Origin: an uncultured Limnohabitans sp.
Lineage (GTDB): Bacteria > Bacteroidota > Bacteroidia > Cytophagales > Cyclobacteriaceae
Assembly: GCA_964530015.1 (NCBI GenBank)
Contig: CAZGYC010000005.1
Location: 39,549 to 103,548, forward strand
Direction of reading: 5' to 3'
Length of the DNA stretch: 64,000 bases
In this document: one piece after another, positions 31,335 to 40,782 of the stretch
Layout: the number at the start of each line of letters is the position of its first letter
Numbering within the stretch: position 1 is the stretch's first letter
Notes under the pieces: model-generated
Database searches by the model: none
Told to the model about the DNA's origin: nothing
The model's input: only the letters and a program-made list of their open reading frames with translations
Made by a program: the position numbers and the translations under genes

Positions 31335-33494
31335 TTAGAGGTTGTTTAACATGTTTGCGTTTTTGTCTTTGGATAGGGTCAGGAAGACGCCGATCACGAT
31401 AAACCGCGGGGCGGACTGCTGGATAGGCAGCGACGCGTAGCTGCCGGATTCATCGGGAGCGACCGTATAGGTGTACCCGAAGATATTTTCGCTGCCCAGC
31501 ACATTGGTCACTGCGCCGTGGATGATCAGATTTGGCTTTGGCAGGTAGCTCCAGCTTAGACTGAGGTTTTGATAGGATCGTGTCTTGGAGTTCATCTCTC
31601 CCGGCAGATTGGGATCGGTGTAGGTATAGCCGTCGTTGAAAGAAAAGGACGCGCCAATCTGCGACTTCAGGGAAGAGACAAAGTGCTTGATCACAACTGA
31701 GAAGTTGTGTTTCGGCGCAAAATCCGGCTGCACTTGCGTCTCGTATTGGTTGTAGCTCCGCTTGCTGTCCACGAAGCTGTAGGTGATCCAGTAGTCGGTA
31801 TTTTTGATGCTTTGCCGATCACGGAAGAACACATCAAAGCCTTTGGCATAGCCCGACCCTCCGTTTTGCAATAGGCTTGGGTTCTGTGGATTTCCTTCTA
31901 AAAGCACCAAGCCATCATAGGACTTGTAGAACGTTTCGGCGCGGAAAGTGATCCCGTCCGTCTGCAGGAGGTAGTTCAGGATCAGATGCTTAGCCTGTGC
32001 GTTTTGTAGATTTGGATTTAAAACCCGAAAGTTATCCACAGGCAATTGGTGGAATCGTCCGGCGGCAAGTGAAAGCGTTCCATTGTCTGAAACTTGATAC
32101 GCGATGGAAGCTCTGGGATCGACCCAGCTTTCTTCCGCAAGCTTGGAATGGCCCGCCCGAATCCCTCCCCTGAAGACCAGCTTGCGGCTGAGGTACCAGT
32201 CCCACTCGGTGAAGAAGTAGCCTTCATGCTCGTCAAAGGATCGGTTCAGTTCTGATCTTACCAATTTTTCGGCGTAGGAATGGATAAAAAACTCCAGCCC
32301 ACTTTTGGCAGAAATGCGACCGGAGAAATCCTTGACTGCTGTAAATTTCATATGTGTCAGGTCATTGGCCCGGTCGATTTCCGTGGAGTCGTAGCTGACC
32401 TGATCCCGGTTGTGGGAATAGGAAACACCCGAAAATAGCGTCCAGCCGTTTTCATAGGCCTTTCTCCAGTTGGTCTGGGCGTAAGAGTAGTTGTTTTTCA
32501 GGTTCACCAAAACCCCCTTTCCAGAGATGCCAGGCATCGCCTGCCAGAGTTCCATTCCTCCGGATTCTGTGCGGGCAAGTACCTTCAGGATCCCTCCCTT
32601 TTTCAGTTTAGACTGGGCGGCGAGTTCCAGATCCCAACCATGCGGAGCGCGCTCCCAGTCAAAATTCTGTTTGACCAAGGCCTGATAGGGAGCCAGATCC
32701 AGGATATTTCCGCTGAGCGAAATGCTGCGCTTGTCGTCCGCGAGCGTGTGGGCGTAACCTGCACCGACTGAGAGAATCGAGACATCTCCTTGACTTCGAG
32801 CCGCGACATCCTTCGTATTCATGGCTAATGCGGAGGAAAGTGCCTGTCCATATTCCGCGGAATAGCCTCCTGTCGAAAAGAACGTGCCCTTGAAGAGGTT
32901 CGGGTTGAAACGGTTGCGGGTTGGGACGTTGGCTGCGGTGGTGCCGTAGGAATTGGCGACTTTCAGCCCGTCGATGTAGATCCCAACTTCACTGGCGTCT
33001 CCGCCACGAACGAAGAGCCGCCCGTCATTTCCCACCGTGCTGGTGCCCGGCAAAGTCTGGAAAGCACCGATGATATCCCCGTTGGCAGATGGAGTGGTCA
33101 CGATATCCAATGGACGGAGGATAACCGACTTTTTTTCATCCGAAGTCTCCATGGCTCCGGCCGAGATGGTGACCGTGTTGAGCTCGTTGAATTCTTCTTT
33201 TAGAATCAGTGTCGGCAATTCCTGACTTCCGGTTGCTAGCGTCACCGACTTCTCCAGGGTTTTGAAACCCATCATGCTCCAGACCAAGGTCTGAGTTCCC
33301 GTCTCGGTGGTTTCAAACCGGTAGGTTCCGTCCACGCCGGAGCTTGTCCCGTCAAAAGATCCTTTGATGAAAATGTTTACTCCGGGAAGCGGTTGGTTTT
33401 TCTCGTCAAGGACTTTGCCGCTTAAGGTAGTCTGGGCGAATGCCAGGGAATGGCTGAGGAAAAAGTAGCTTAAAAGTAACAGTCGGATTTTCAT
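31335..33494 (-). CDS. TonB-dependent receptor with N-terminal CarboxypepD_reg-like domain
   Basis: LPGVNIFIKG...G, plug GRLFVRGG and FSTGGYSAEYG, barrel strands. Start moved to ATG 33494. Confidence 0.9.
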   Translation of the reverse strand: MKIRLLLLSYFFLSHSLAFAQTTLSGKVLDEKNQPLPGVNIFIKGSFDGTSSGVDGTYRFETTETGTQTLVWSMMGFKTLEKSVTLATGSQELPTLILKEEFNELNTVTISAGAMETSDEKKSVILRPLDIVTTPSANGDIIGAFQTLPGTSTVGNDGRLFVRGGDASEVGIYIDGLKVANSYGTTAANVPTRNRFNPNLFKGTFFSTGGYSAEYGQALSSALAMNTKDVAARSQGDVSILSVGAGYAHTLADDKRSISLSGNILDLAPYQALVKQNFDWERAPHGWDLELAAQSKLKKGGILKVLARTESGGMELWQAMPGISGKGVLVNLKNNYSYAQTNWRKAYENGWTLFSGVSYSHNRDQVSYDSTEIDRANDLTHMKFTAVKDFSGRISAKSGLEFFIHSYAEKLVRSELNRSFDEHEGYFFTEWDWYLSRKLVFRGGIRAGHSKLAEESWVDPRASIAYQVSDNGTLSLAAGRFHQLPVDNFRVLNPNLQNAQAKHLILNYLLQTDGITFRAETFYKSYDGLVLLEGNPQNPSLLQNGGSGYAKGFDVFFRDRQSIKNTDYWITYSFVDSKRSYNQYETQVQPDFAPKHNFSVVIKHFVSSLKSQIGASFSFNDGYTYTDPNLPGEMNSKTRSYQNLSLSWSYLPKPNLIIHGAVTNVLGSENIFGYTYTVAPDESGSYASLPIQQSAPRFIVIGVFLTLSKDKNANMLNNL

Positions 33495-33550
33495 TTCGAT
33501 TCGGATTTGAACCAAAACTGCAATGACGCGCAGACTCTAAAAACTGAAGC

Positions 33551-33583
33551 TGATTGAAGTGTGGAAAAGGGTGACTGAAGTGT
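33551..33583 (-). promoter_or_regulatory. Putative LytTR box: two 12-bp direct repeats with a 21-bp period
   Basis: TGATTGAAGTGT (33551-33562) and TGACTGAAGTGT (33572-33583), upstream of the operon that encodes the LytTR regulator. Confidence 0.65.
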
Positions 33584-33627
33584 AAAAAGTAATGCTTGGT
33601 GAAATATTTAGATAAGAATGATTGAGG

Positions 33628-34047
33628 TTAGGAGCTTAAAAACACGTTTGTCAAATAGTGATTTCTTAAGTTACGATAGATATAAAAGTCTGAATCGATG
33701 CTGACTATTTTATTGGTTTGAATGATGTCAGAGGCGACCATCAAGCTTGCATCTGCCAAATCCATCGGCACGTCAGCGAACTTTTTTGAGTAGGAGATGA
33801 TCTTGCCCAAGTGTTGTTCCGATAGGTGAACAAGCTGAATCCCGCCTCTGTTGACCCATTCCAAGAGATTCATTTGGGCTTGAAGACTATAATCCAGCAT
33901 GTGGGAGGCTTCTGTCAAAACAGGCCAAGTGGTCCAATACACGACGGCAGGATTCTTTTTCAAAAAATCGACGACATCGCTGTGATACCGGTCTCTTTTG
34001 TTGAAAAGTGCGATTAGGGGGCCTGCATCAATGAGAAAATTTTCCAT
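33628..34047 (-). CDS. vapC: PIN-domain (VapC-like) toxin
   Basis: LIDAGPL, VLTEA, DLADASL, SIDSDF acidic residues. Confidence 0.88.
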   Translation of the reverse strand: MENFLIDAGPLIALFNKRDRYHSDVVDFLKKNPAVVYWTTWPVLTEASHMLDYSLQAQMNLLEWVNRGGIQLVHLSEQHLGKIISYSKKFADVPMDLADASLMVASDIIQTNKIVSIDSDFYIYRNLRNHYLTNVFLSS

Positions 34048-34276
34048 GAAGTTTGGCCTTCAGTTCCTTTTTGTAGTCCACAGATCCATCAGGATTTCCT
34101 CCTGCTTGCGTGTCAAATAAATCTTTTCCCAGCTCATAAGCCGAGAGTTGTGACGTCTCATCTTGAATATACTGATTCAAGGCTTCCTTGACCAAGGCCG
34201 ATTTGGAGAGGCCTTTTTTTCTTCGGATCAATTCGAGCTTTCGCTCCAATTCCTCATCCAGTCTGATATTGAGCAT
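34028..34276 (-). CDS. Ribbon-helix-helix (CopG-like) antitoxin
   Basis: MLNIRLDEELERKL...SKSALVKEAL; overlaps the toxin gene. Confidence 0.88.
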   Translation of the reverse strand: MLNIRLDEELERKLELIRRKKGLSKSALVKEALNQYIQDETSQLSAYELGKDLFDTQAGGNPDGSVDYKKELKAKLHGKFSH

Positions 34277-34296
34277 GTTGGAATCATTTTTCTAAA

Positions 34297-34316
34297 TGTA
34301 ATACGAATGTATTACA
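34297..34316. promoter_or_regulatory. Palindromic operator candidate for the RHH antitoxin
   Basis: TGTAATAC gaat GTATTACA, 20 bp upstream of the antitoxin start. Confidence 0.6.
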
Positions 34317-34381
34317 AAACGGTTCGCCAAAGAATAGATTTCTGATTTGAAAATAGGGATAGGCCAAAAACACCACCTGGG

Positions 34382-34458
34382 TTTTCATTTCGATGTCGGT
34401 TTGAACCAAAACTGCATCGGCGTGCCGACTCCAAAAACTGAAGCTGACTGAAGTGTAA
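34382..34458 (-). repeat. Diverged copy of the TonB-receptor start codon and promoter region (33488-33585)
   Basis: TTTTCATTTCGAT...TTTGAACCAAAACTGCA...AAAAACTGAAGCTGA(C/T)TGAAGTGT; about 85% identity by eye. Confidence 0.8.
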
Positions 34459-34518
34459 GGAGAGCCTGCTCAAGTTTTTTCAATTCATAAGGCGGAAAGG
34501 GTGAGGCTCGCTCAAAAT

Positions 34519-34917
34519 CTATTGAAGCAGAAAACGAACCTCGGAAAGTTCTCGACCGATTTGCTGAACCCCTTCCAAAATCCGCTTGGTCTGCGCTACA
34601 GAGGGTTTTTTAATGCCTTTGATGTATTGGGCTAAAAGACTTTGATTCATTCCGATTCGATCCGATAGCGCTTTAGCATTGATTACCTTGTAAAAGTCAA
34701 AGAAACTTTCCAGGTCATATTCAAAGAGAATTTCCCCAAGTTGATATTCAAAACCCAGACTTTCAAAGGTAAGGTTTACCGCTTCCAGTACATTTTGCTT
34801 GAGTTCTTCAAAACCCTCCGCTTCTGTCGCGATAAAGTTTTTATCAATCAAAGCAACCGCACTATACCCGGTTTCTTCTTTGGTGATGGTCATTTTGATC
34901 GTTGGCTTTTTCATCAT
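34519..34917 (-). CDS. hicB: HicB-type antitoxin with C-terminal XRE HTH
   Basis: KEETGYSA...EELKQNVLEAV, IGMNQSLLAQY HTH; directly downstream of hicA. Confidence 0.8.
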   Translation of the reverse strand: MMKKPTIKMTITKEETGYSAVALIDKNFIATEAEGFEELKQNVLEAVNLTFESLGFEYQLGEILFEYDLESFFDFYKVINAKALSDRIGMNQSLLAQYIKGIKKPSVAQTKRILEGVQQIGRELSEVRFLLQ

Positions 34918-35108
34918 TTTTCAATCTTAATCATTGCCTGTTTCAGTATAGCGGGCAACAAGCCTTTTTTCACTTCTTTACCGGAATGGTAGGGGACGGT
35001 TAGTTGTTCGGACTTTGTGGGGTGCTGCATGATGACATGACTGCCTTTTTGTCTTACTTCAAACCAACCATCTCTTTTCAGAAGCCTAAAAAGTTCACTA
35101 TACTTCAT
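34914..35108 (-). CDS. hicA: HicA mRNA interferase toxin (intact)
   Basis: MKYSELFRLLKRDGW...RQKGSHVIMQHP...VPYH; start at ATG 35108. Confidence 0.9.
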   Translation of the reverse strand: MKYSELFRLLKRDGWFEVRQKGSHVIMQHPTKSEQLTVPYHSGKEVKKGLLPAILKQAMIKIEK

Positions 35109-35113
35109 GCTTG

Positions 35114-35134
35114 CAAATGTAATAATATTATTAC
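35114..35134 (-). promoter_or_regulatory. Bacteroidota -7 promoter (TACATTTG) overlapped by a 16-bp palindromic operator
   Basis: GTAATAATATTATTAC at 35119-35134; minus-strand TAnnTTTG at 35114-35121, just before the hicA ATG. Confidence 0.65.
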
Positions 35135-35294
35135 TTATTGATAGCACTTGAGACTGATTTTCAACGATGGAGGGTTTCTGCTTTTTTGATTTGAAAGAGT
35201 TTGCTTGAATATGCCTTTATGCCGGCCACACAGCTTAAAGTTTTCCCAGATTCGGAATTGGGTTAACTTTCTGTCCAAGAATAATCTTCATCTG

Positions 35295-36317
35295 ATGAAA
35301 TCTAAAATATTCCTCCCAATTCTTGCTTTGGCTCTTGCCTGCAGCAGTCCAAAGACCGACGATACGACCTCTCAGAAACTCTCCGGCAACCCGATCTTCG
35401 AGGGCTGGTATGCCGATCCCGAGGGAATCGTATTCGGCGATGAATACTGGATCTATCCAACCTTTTCGGCGGCATTTGGGGATCAGATGCATTTCGATGC
35501 CTTCTCATCCAAAGATCTCGTGACTTGGGAAAAGCACGAGCGAATCCTGGATTCCGCGGACATCAAATGGGCCCGACAGGCGATGTGGGCTCCGGCGGCA
35601 ATAGAAAAGGATGGCAAATACTACCTCTTTTTCGCTGCAAATGACCCCCTGACTCCCGAGCGTCCCGGCTACGATCCCGACAACGACATCAACCATTTTG
35701 GCGGAATCGGCGTGGCCGTGGCGGATCAGCCTGGTGGACCATTCAAGGATCTGCTTGGCAAGCCGCTGATCTCAGATTTTCACAACGGCGCCCAGCCGAT
35801 CGACCAGTTTGTGTTCAAGGACACAGACGGCACTTATTACATGCTCTATGGCGGTTGGGGTCACTGCAACATTGGCAAGCTCAATGCGGATTTCACGGGA
35901 TTTGAGTCTTGGGACGATGGGAAGCTTTTTCATGAAATCACACCGGAGGGCTATGTAGAGGGCCCGTTTGTTTTTGTCCGAGACGGCACCTATTACTTCA
36001 TGTGGTCTGAGGGCGGCTGGACCAACGACAGCTACAAGGTGGCCTATGCCATATCCGACAAGATCACCGGACCCTGGGAAAGAATCGGAACCATCCTGGA
36101 AAACGATACCACCATCGCCACCGGCGCCGGGCATAATTCGGTCATCCAAAAGCCGGGGACGGACGACTGGTACATGGTCTACCACCGCCGCCCGATTCCC
36201 AGCGAAGGCCGTGATCACCGTGTCACCAGCATCGACGTGATGGAATTCAACGAAGACGGTACGATCAAGCCGGTCAAGATGACCTTTGAGGGAGTCGCCG
36301 CAAATCCAATCCGCTAG
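35295..36317 (+). CDS. Glycoside hydrolase family 43 lipoprotein
   Basis: LALAC lipobox, WYADP, MWAP, PIDQFVF, VEGP, GHNS. Confidence 0.9.
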   Translation: MKSKIFLPILALALACSSPKTDDTTSQKLSGNPIFEGWYADPEGIVFGDEYWIYPTFSAAFGDQMHFDAFSSKDLVTWEKHERILDSADIKWARQAMWAPAAIEKDGKYYLFFAANDPLTPERPGYDPDNDINHFGGIGVAVADQPGGPFKDLLGKPLISDFHNGAQPIDQFVFKDTDGTYYMLYGGWGHCNIGKLNADFTGFESWDDGKLFHEITPEGYVEGPFVFVRDGTYYFMWSEGGWTNDSYKVAYAISDKITGPWERIGTILENDTTIATGAGHNSVIQKPGTDDWYMVYHRRPIPSEGRDHRVTSIDVMEFNEDGTIKPVKMTFEGVAANPIR

Positions 36318-36411
36318 CATCCCCGTCTCCCTCTTCACCCACAACCCTCCCATTGACCAGCCCTCCTTTGACTCCACAAGGGCACAGGGTCGCCTGTCTC
36401 AACTCGCCAAC

Positions 36412-36894
36412 ATGAAGCTCCAAAAGCCCCTCACTTTCCTAGTTCTTTCCTTCTTTCTCATCCTCTCCCCGTCGTTCCAGAAGCAAAAAGAGTTTCTGGA
36501 GATCTCCAAGTTTGTGGATGGGGACACCTTCTGGGTCAAGCATGCCGATGGCTCCGAGGAAAAAATCCGCCTGATCGGAATCAATACGCCCGAAGCCAGA
36601 AACACCGGCAGAACACAGGTCGAATATTTTGGCAAAGAAGCGTCGGCTTACTTGAAGACATTTTTGACCGGTAAGAAAGTGCGGCTGGAGTATGACGTGC
36701 AGCGCCTGGATCGATACAAGCGGACTTTAGCATACATCTATCTGGAGGATGGGACATTTTTGAATGCGCATTTGGTGGAAAAAGGTTATGCCACTGTGGC
36801 AACGTATCCACCGAATGTCAAGTATGCGACCCACTTTCTGGATTTGGAAAGGAAAGCCAGATCAGGACAAAAAGGTCTGTGGGCAGCTCACTGA
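36412..36894 (+). CDS. Thermonuclease (SNase) family protein
   Basis: VDGDT, IRLIGINTPE, DRYKRTLAY, ARSGQKGLW. Confidence 0.9.
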   Translation: MKLQKPLTFLVLSFFLILSPSFQKQKEFLEISKFVDGDTFWVKHADGSEEKIRLIGINTPEARNTGRTQVEYFGKEASAYLKTFLTGKKVRLEYDVQRLDRYKRTLAYIYLEDGTFLNAHLVEKGYATVATYPPNVKYATHFLDLERKARSGQKGLWAAH

Positions 36895-36992
36895 GTAGGC
36901 TAAGAAAAGGCCCAATCCAGGGAGTTGTAGGATCTCGCTTGGATTTAACGTAAAATGCCCCTGAGAATCCCCAAAGGCATTTTTTATGGTGT

Positions 36993-37481
36993 TCAGTCGA
37001 CCTTGGTATAGAACTGCTCTCCGATACACATGGCAAGCATGTCGTTGCATTCGAACAAAATGGAGATCTTTTTTCCGTTGTTCTTTCTCTTTAGGGTTCC
37101 TTTGGACTCTGAAAATCCCCCCATCTCGCTTTCTATCAGTTCTTCCAAATCCTCCGCATATCCCTCAGGAAATTTCTCATGGTCGAGGTAAAATGATTTC
37201 AGCCTTTTCAAAGAAAAATCTTCTCCCCGCAACGTGTAGGTGCCAGTAGTATAGGAGGAAAAACCGAGGTCAGGGCCGTTTTTGGAGGATCTCCGCAAGT
37301 TGAATAGCTCAACCGACCCATCGGATTTGAAAGCATATTGGTTGACATACCAAATTCCAGAATCGGTGTTTTCATGAGCCAATTCATAGGTACTTGAAAG
37401 AAAGCTTTGGGGAACCTCCTCATCCTTGCAGGAAGTGAATAAAACAACTGCGAAAAGCAGGAAACACCAGGAGTTTTTCAC
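36993..37481 (-). CDS. Hypothetical lipoprotein
   Basis: LFTSC lipobox; GTG start. Confidence 0.7.
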   Translation of the reverse strand: MKNSWCFLLFAVVLFTSCKDEEVPQSFLSSTYELAHENTDSGIWYVNQYAFKSDGSVELFNLRRSSKNGPDLGFSSYTTGTYTLRGEDFSLKRLKSFYLDHEKFPEGYAEDLEELIESEMGGFSESKGTLKRKNNGKKISILFECNDMLAMCIGEQFYTKVD

Positions 37482-37545
37482 GGAAAAAGGGGTTTTGGTT
37501 AACGGTTATTTCTGAGACGTATACAATGGACAATTCGATACAAGC

Positions 37546-37578
37546 GAAAATGCCCCGGAGATTTTCCGGGGCATTTTC
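37546..37578. terminator. Intrinsic terminator downstream of the M28 peptidase
   Basis: GAAAATGCCCCGGA gattt TCCGGGGCATTTTC. Confidence 0.8.
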
Positions 37579-37602
37579 ACCTGATTTTTTCTCTGCGAAA
37601 GC

Positions 37603-38844
37603 TTAAAACTTCACTTGTGCCTCCACTTTTTGTCCGGCTCTTTCAACGACCACTTGCGCGGAATCGCCTTTTTGGAACGCACTCAAGGCACGCATGTAGC
37701 TCATCATGTCATACACAGTCGAGTCGCCCAACTGCACCACCACGTCGCCCTTGAGCAGGCCTGCTGCTTTGGCGGGTTTGTCTTCAGATACTCCATCGAT
37801 CCGCATCCCTTTCCCGTCAAACATGTAGTCCGGCACCACACCCATGGATACGGTGAATCTGGGGTTGGCGCTGGAGTCCTGGGTTTTGGTGAAAGCCAGC
37901 TTTTCCTCCGGATCCAAGGCCAGAACCAGCCTGGAGATGTACCGCACGACCTTTACCAAGCCTTCGTAATTGATCAGTTCCGAATCGTCGCTGGGCTTGT
38001 GGTAGTCTTCATGCTGTCCTGTGAAAAAGTGCAAAACCGGAAGATCCTGCAGATAAAAGGACGTGTGGTCCGAAGGTCCGGTGCCAGACTCGGAAGTGAC
38101 CAGCTTCAGGCTGTCTGCATTGATCGCGTCAAAAACCGGCGGAAAGCCCGGACTGGTGCCCACGCCGTTGATTGCCAGGGAATTGTCCTCTTTCAGTCGG
38201 CCCACCATGTCCATGTTGATCATGTAGTTGACCGTCTGGAGGTCGATGGTGGGGTTTTTCACATAGTAGTTGGAGCCCCAAAGGCCGTTTTCCTCACCAG
38301 AGAAAGCGATAAAAAGTACGTTGCTGCTGAGCTCCTCATGCTTGAGGATCTTGGCCAAAGCCAAAAGAGCTGCAGTGCCGGAAGCGTTGTCGTCGGCACC
38401 GTTGTGGATGGCCGAATCCCCCCTATGAAGCGATCCCTGTCCACCCATTCCCAAATGGTCGAAGTGTGCTCCGATCACGATGGTCTTGTCAGCCTTTTTA
38501 TCCAAAAATCCGACGACATTTCTGCCAGTCACACCGGCTCCGTCTGTCCCGATCACCGCTTCCTCGTGTGGATTTGACGGTTTGGAAACGGTAAAGGGCT
38601 GGAAGAAGCCTTCGGTTCCTTTTGGTTCCAATCGGATTTTTTCGAATTCCTTGGCCAGGTATTCGGCGGCTTTTTGCTCTCCTTCGGTGCCGATGGCCCT
38701 GCCACCCAAATCATCCGCCGCCAAGAAAGTTACATCAGCTTTTAAGTCGGCCAGCAGGGATTCATCGGTCGGTGCAGGGTTGCAACTGAAGGAAAGTGCC
38801 CCGGCAACAGCCAGAATGGCGCAATATTTTAAATTAGTTTTCAT
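37603..38844 (-). CDS. M28 family aminopeptidase lipoprotein with C-terminal PDZ domain
   Basis: SFSC lipobox, GAHFDHLG, NGADDNASG, GEENG, SDH, MGVVPD PDZ. Start moved to ATG 38844. Confidence 0.92.
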   Translation of the reverse strand: MKTNLKYCAILAVAGALSFSCNPAPTDESLLADLKADVTFLAADDLGGRAIGTEGEQKAAEYLAKEFEKIRLEPKGTEGFFQPFTVSKPSNPHEEAVIGTDGAGVTGRNVVGFLDKKADKTIVIGAHFDHLGMGGQGSLHRGDSAIHNGADDNASGTAALLALAKILKHEELSSNVLFIAFSGEENGLWGSNYYVKNPTIDLQTVNYMINMDMVGRLKEDNSLAINGVGTSPGFPPVFDAINADSLKLVTSESGTGPSDHTSFYLQDLPVLHFFTGQHEDYHKPSDDSELINYEGLVKVVRYISRLVLALDPEEKLAFTKTQDSSANPRFTVSMGVVPDYMFDGKGMRIDGVSEDKPAKAAGLLKGDVVVQLGDSTVYDMMSYMRALSAFQKGDSAQVVVERAGQKVEAQVKF

Positions 38845-38920
38845 GCCTTGGTTTAAATTCGGCTCAAAGATAATAATTGGTATCTTCGCGCTGCAATTTA
38901 TAACCAATCTAATTAGATAA

Positions 38921-40030
38921 ATGAGATTCTTGCTTGTTGTGGCCCTGCTCGCAGCTTCTGCCTGCAGTCCAAAGACCGAAAAATCCGAAGCCTCAGCTCT
39001 CGGGGTACATTCCGCATCCGACTCGCTGCTGCTTCATCCCGAGGAGATGAAATACCTCAAAAACATCAAGCAGCTCACTTTTGGCGGTAACAACGCCGAG
39101 GCCTATTGGTCTTTCGATGACTCGATGCTGGTTTTCCAGTCGGACTTCTCAGACTGGGGCAATGAATGTGACCAGATGTTTTTTGTGAATTGGCAAACCG
39201 ACGACCTGAAGGCACAGGCTCCCAAAAAGATCAGCACCGGCCTGGGCCGTACGACCTGCTCCTACTTCCTTCCCGGTGACAGGACATTTGTCTATGCCTC
39301 CACCCATCTGGGCGGGGAATCCTGTCCGCCCGTGCCTGAGCGAAGAGCCGACGGAAAGTATGTATGGCCGATCTATGACTCCTTCGACATTTTCACCGCA
39401 GATCTGGAGGGCAACATCCTATCCCAGCTCACCAGCGAGCCAGGCTATGACGCCGAGGCGACCGTCTCTCCCAAGGGCGACAAAATCGTCTTTACCTCCA
39501 TGCGAACCGGTGATCTGGAGCTCTACACGATGAATATCGACGGATCGGACGTGAAGCAGATTACTTCGGACTTGGGCTACGACGGCGGGGCATTTTTCTC
39601 CCCGGACGGCAGCAAACTGGTCTGGAGAGCCTCCCGCCCGCAAACCGAAGAGGAAATCAAGGAATACAAAGACCTGCTGAAAGGAGGCCTGGTCAAGCCG
39701 ACCGACATGGAGCTCTATGTAGCCAATACCGACGGCACGGACATCCGCAAAATCACCAGCCTGGGCAAAGCCAACTGGGCACCGTTCTTCCATCCTTCCG
39801 GAGAAAAGCTCATTTTCGCATCCAACCACCAGACAGAGCGCGGCTTTCCCTTCAACCTTTTTATGATCAACCTGAACGGAACCGGCCTCACCCGAATCAC
39901 CCATGACGGGACTTTCGACGCGTTTCCGGTCTTCTCCAACGACGGCAAATACCTGGTCTTCTCCTCCAACCGGAACAACGGCGGAACCCGGGACACCAAC
40001 CTCTTTGTGGCAGAGTGGATAGGAGATTAA
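38921..40030 (+). CDS. TolB-like PD40 propeller lipoprotein
   Basis: ASAC lipobox, NAEAYWS, YDAEATVSP, YDGGAFFSPDG repeats. Confidence 0.88.
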   Translation: MRFLLVVALLAASACSPKTEKSEASALGVHSASDSLLLHPEEMKYLKNIKQLTFGGNNAEAYWSFDDSMLVFQSDFSDWGNECDQMFFVNWQTDDLKAQAPKKISTGLGRTTCSYFLPGDRTFVYASTHLGGESCPPVPERRADGKYVWPIYDSFDIFTADLEGNILSQLTSEPGYDAEATVSPKGDKIVFTSMRTGDLELYTMNIDGSDVKQITSDLGYDGGAFFSPDGSKLVWRASRPQTEEEIKEYKDLLKGGLVKPTDMELYVANTDGTDIRKITSLGKANWAPFFHPSGEKLIFASNHQTERGFPFNLFMINLNGTGLTRITHDGTFDAFPVFSNDGKYLVFSSNRNNGGTRDTNLFVAEWIGD

Positions 40031-40141
40031 TATAGTCCACGGACGACCGTCGACAGCAGGTAAATTAGGACTTCCAGCCTTCTTTCATCTAGTCCGGAAC
40101 CAAAAGCTGAAAAACCACTTTCGTTAAGCAGGAAATCCAAG

Positions 40142-40163
40142 GCCGCCTTTTGGCGGCTTTTTT
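40142..40163 (+). terminator. Intrinsic terminator
   Basis: GCCGCC tttt GGCGGC followed by a T run. Confidence 0.7.
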
Positions 40164-40198
40164 GTATCCTGTCTGGTCTAACCATCTGATAAACAAGC

Positions 40199-40687
40199 AT
40201 GAAAGCGCTATGTATCCCTGTACTGGCGGTTTTTGCCGCTGTGGCTTGCAGAGGCCCGAAGGAAAATTCCCCAATTGATGCCCATTTTTCCCCAGACGGC
40301 GAAGCGAAGGCAAAGATCATGGAAGGCTGTTTTCAGTACGTCAACGGAAAAGACACCGTTCGCCTGAGCATCCAGCCGGATGAATTCAACGTCGCGGGAG
40401 AACTTGCCTACCTGTTTTTCGAAAAAGACCAGAGCCGGGGATCGATCACGGGAACCCTGAAAGATTCCGTTCTGATCGCCGAGTACCACTTTCTGTCGGA
40501 AGGAGACTCGTCCAAGAGACAGGTCGTATTCAGGCGATTTGGGGAAGGCTGGAAAGAAGGGCACGGAGAGACCGAGGAGGTCGATGGGATTGCGGTTTAC
40601 CGAAACGTCGACTCCCTGGACTTTGGCCACGGGGTCAGTTTGGTTCCGGTTCCCTGTGACCAATTTCGCTCCAGACCTGATGAATGA
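40199..40687 (+). CDS. Hypothetical lipoprotein
   Basis: AVAC lipobox, EKDQSRG...AEYHFLSEG motif. Confidence 0.75.
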   Translation: MKALCIPVLAVFAAVACRGPKENSPIDAHFSPDGEAKAKIMEGCFQYVNGKDTVRLSIQPDEFNVAGELAYLFFEKDQSRGSITGTLKDSVLIAEYHFLSEGDSSKRQVVFRRFGEGWKEGHGETEEVDGIAVYRNVDSLDFGHGVSLVPVPCDQFRSRPDE

Positions 40688-40782
40688 GCCCCGGGAATGG
40701 GCCAATCTCCGCCTTCCCTCCCAAAACCGCCCGCCTTCGGCCATTGTGCCCGGCGACCGGCTTGCCTTGAAACCGTGATCGC

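Noticed and set aside
36358-36392. CCCTCCTTTGACTCCACAAGGG, resembling a REP
   Set aside because: Too degenerate, and no second copy was seen.
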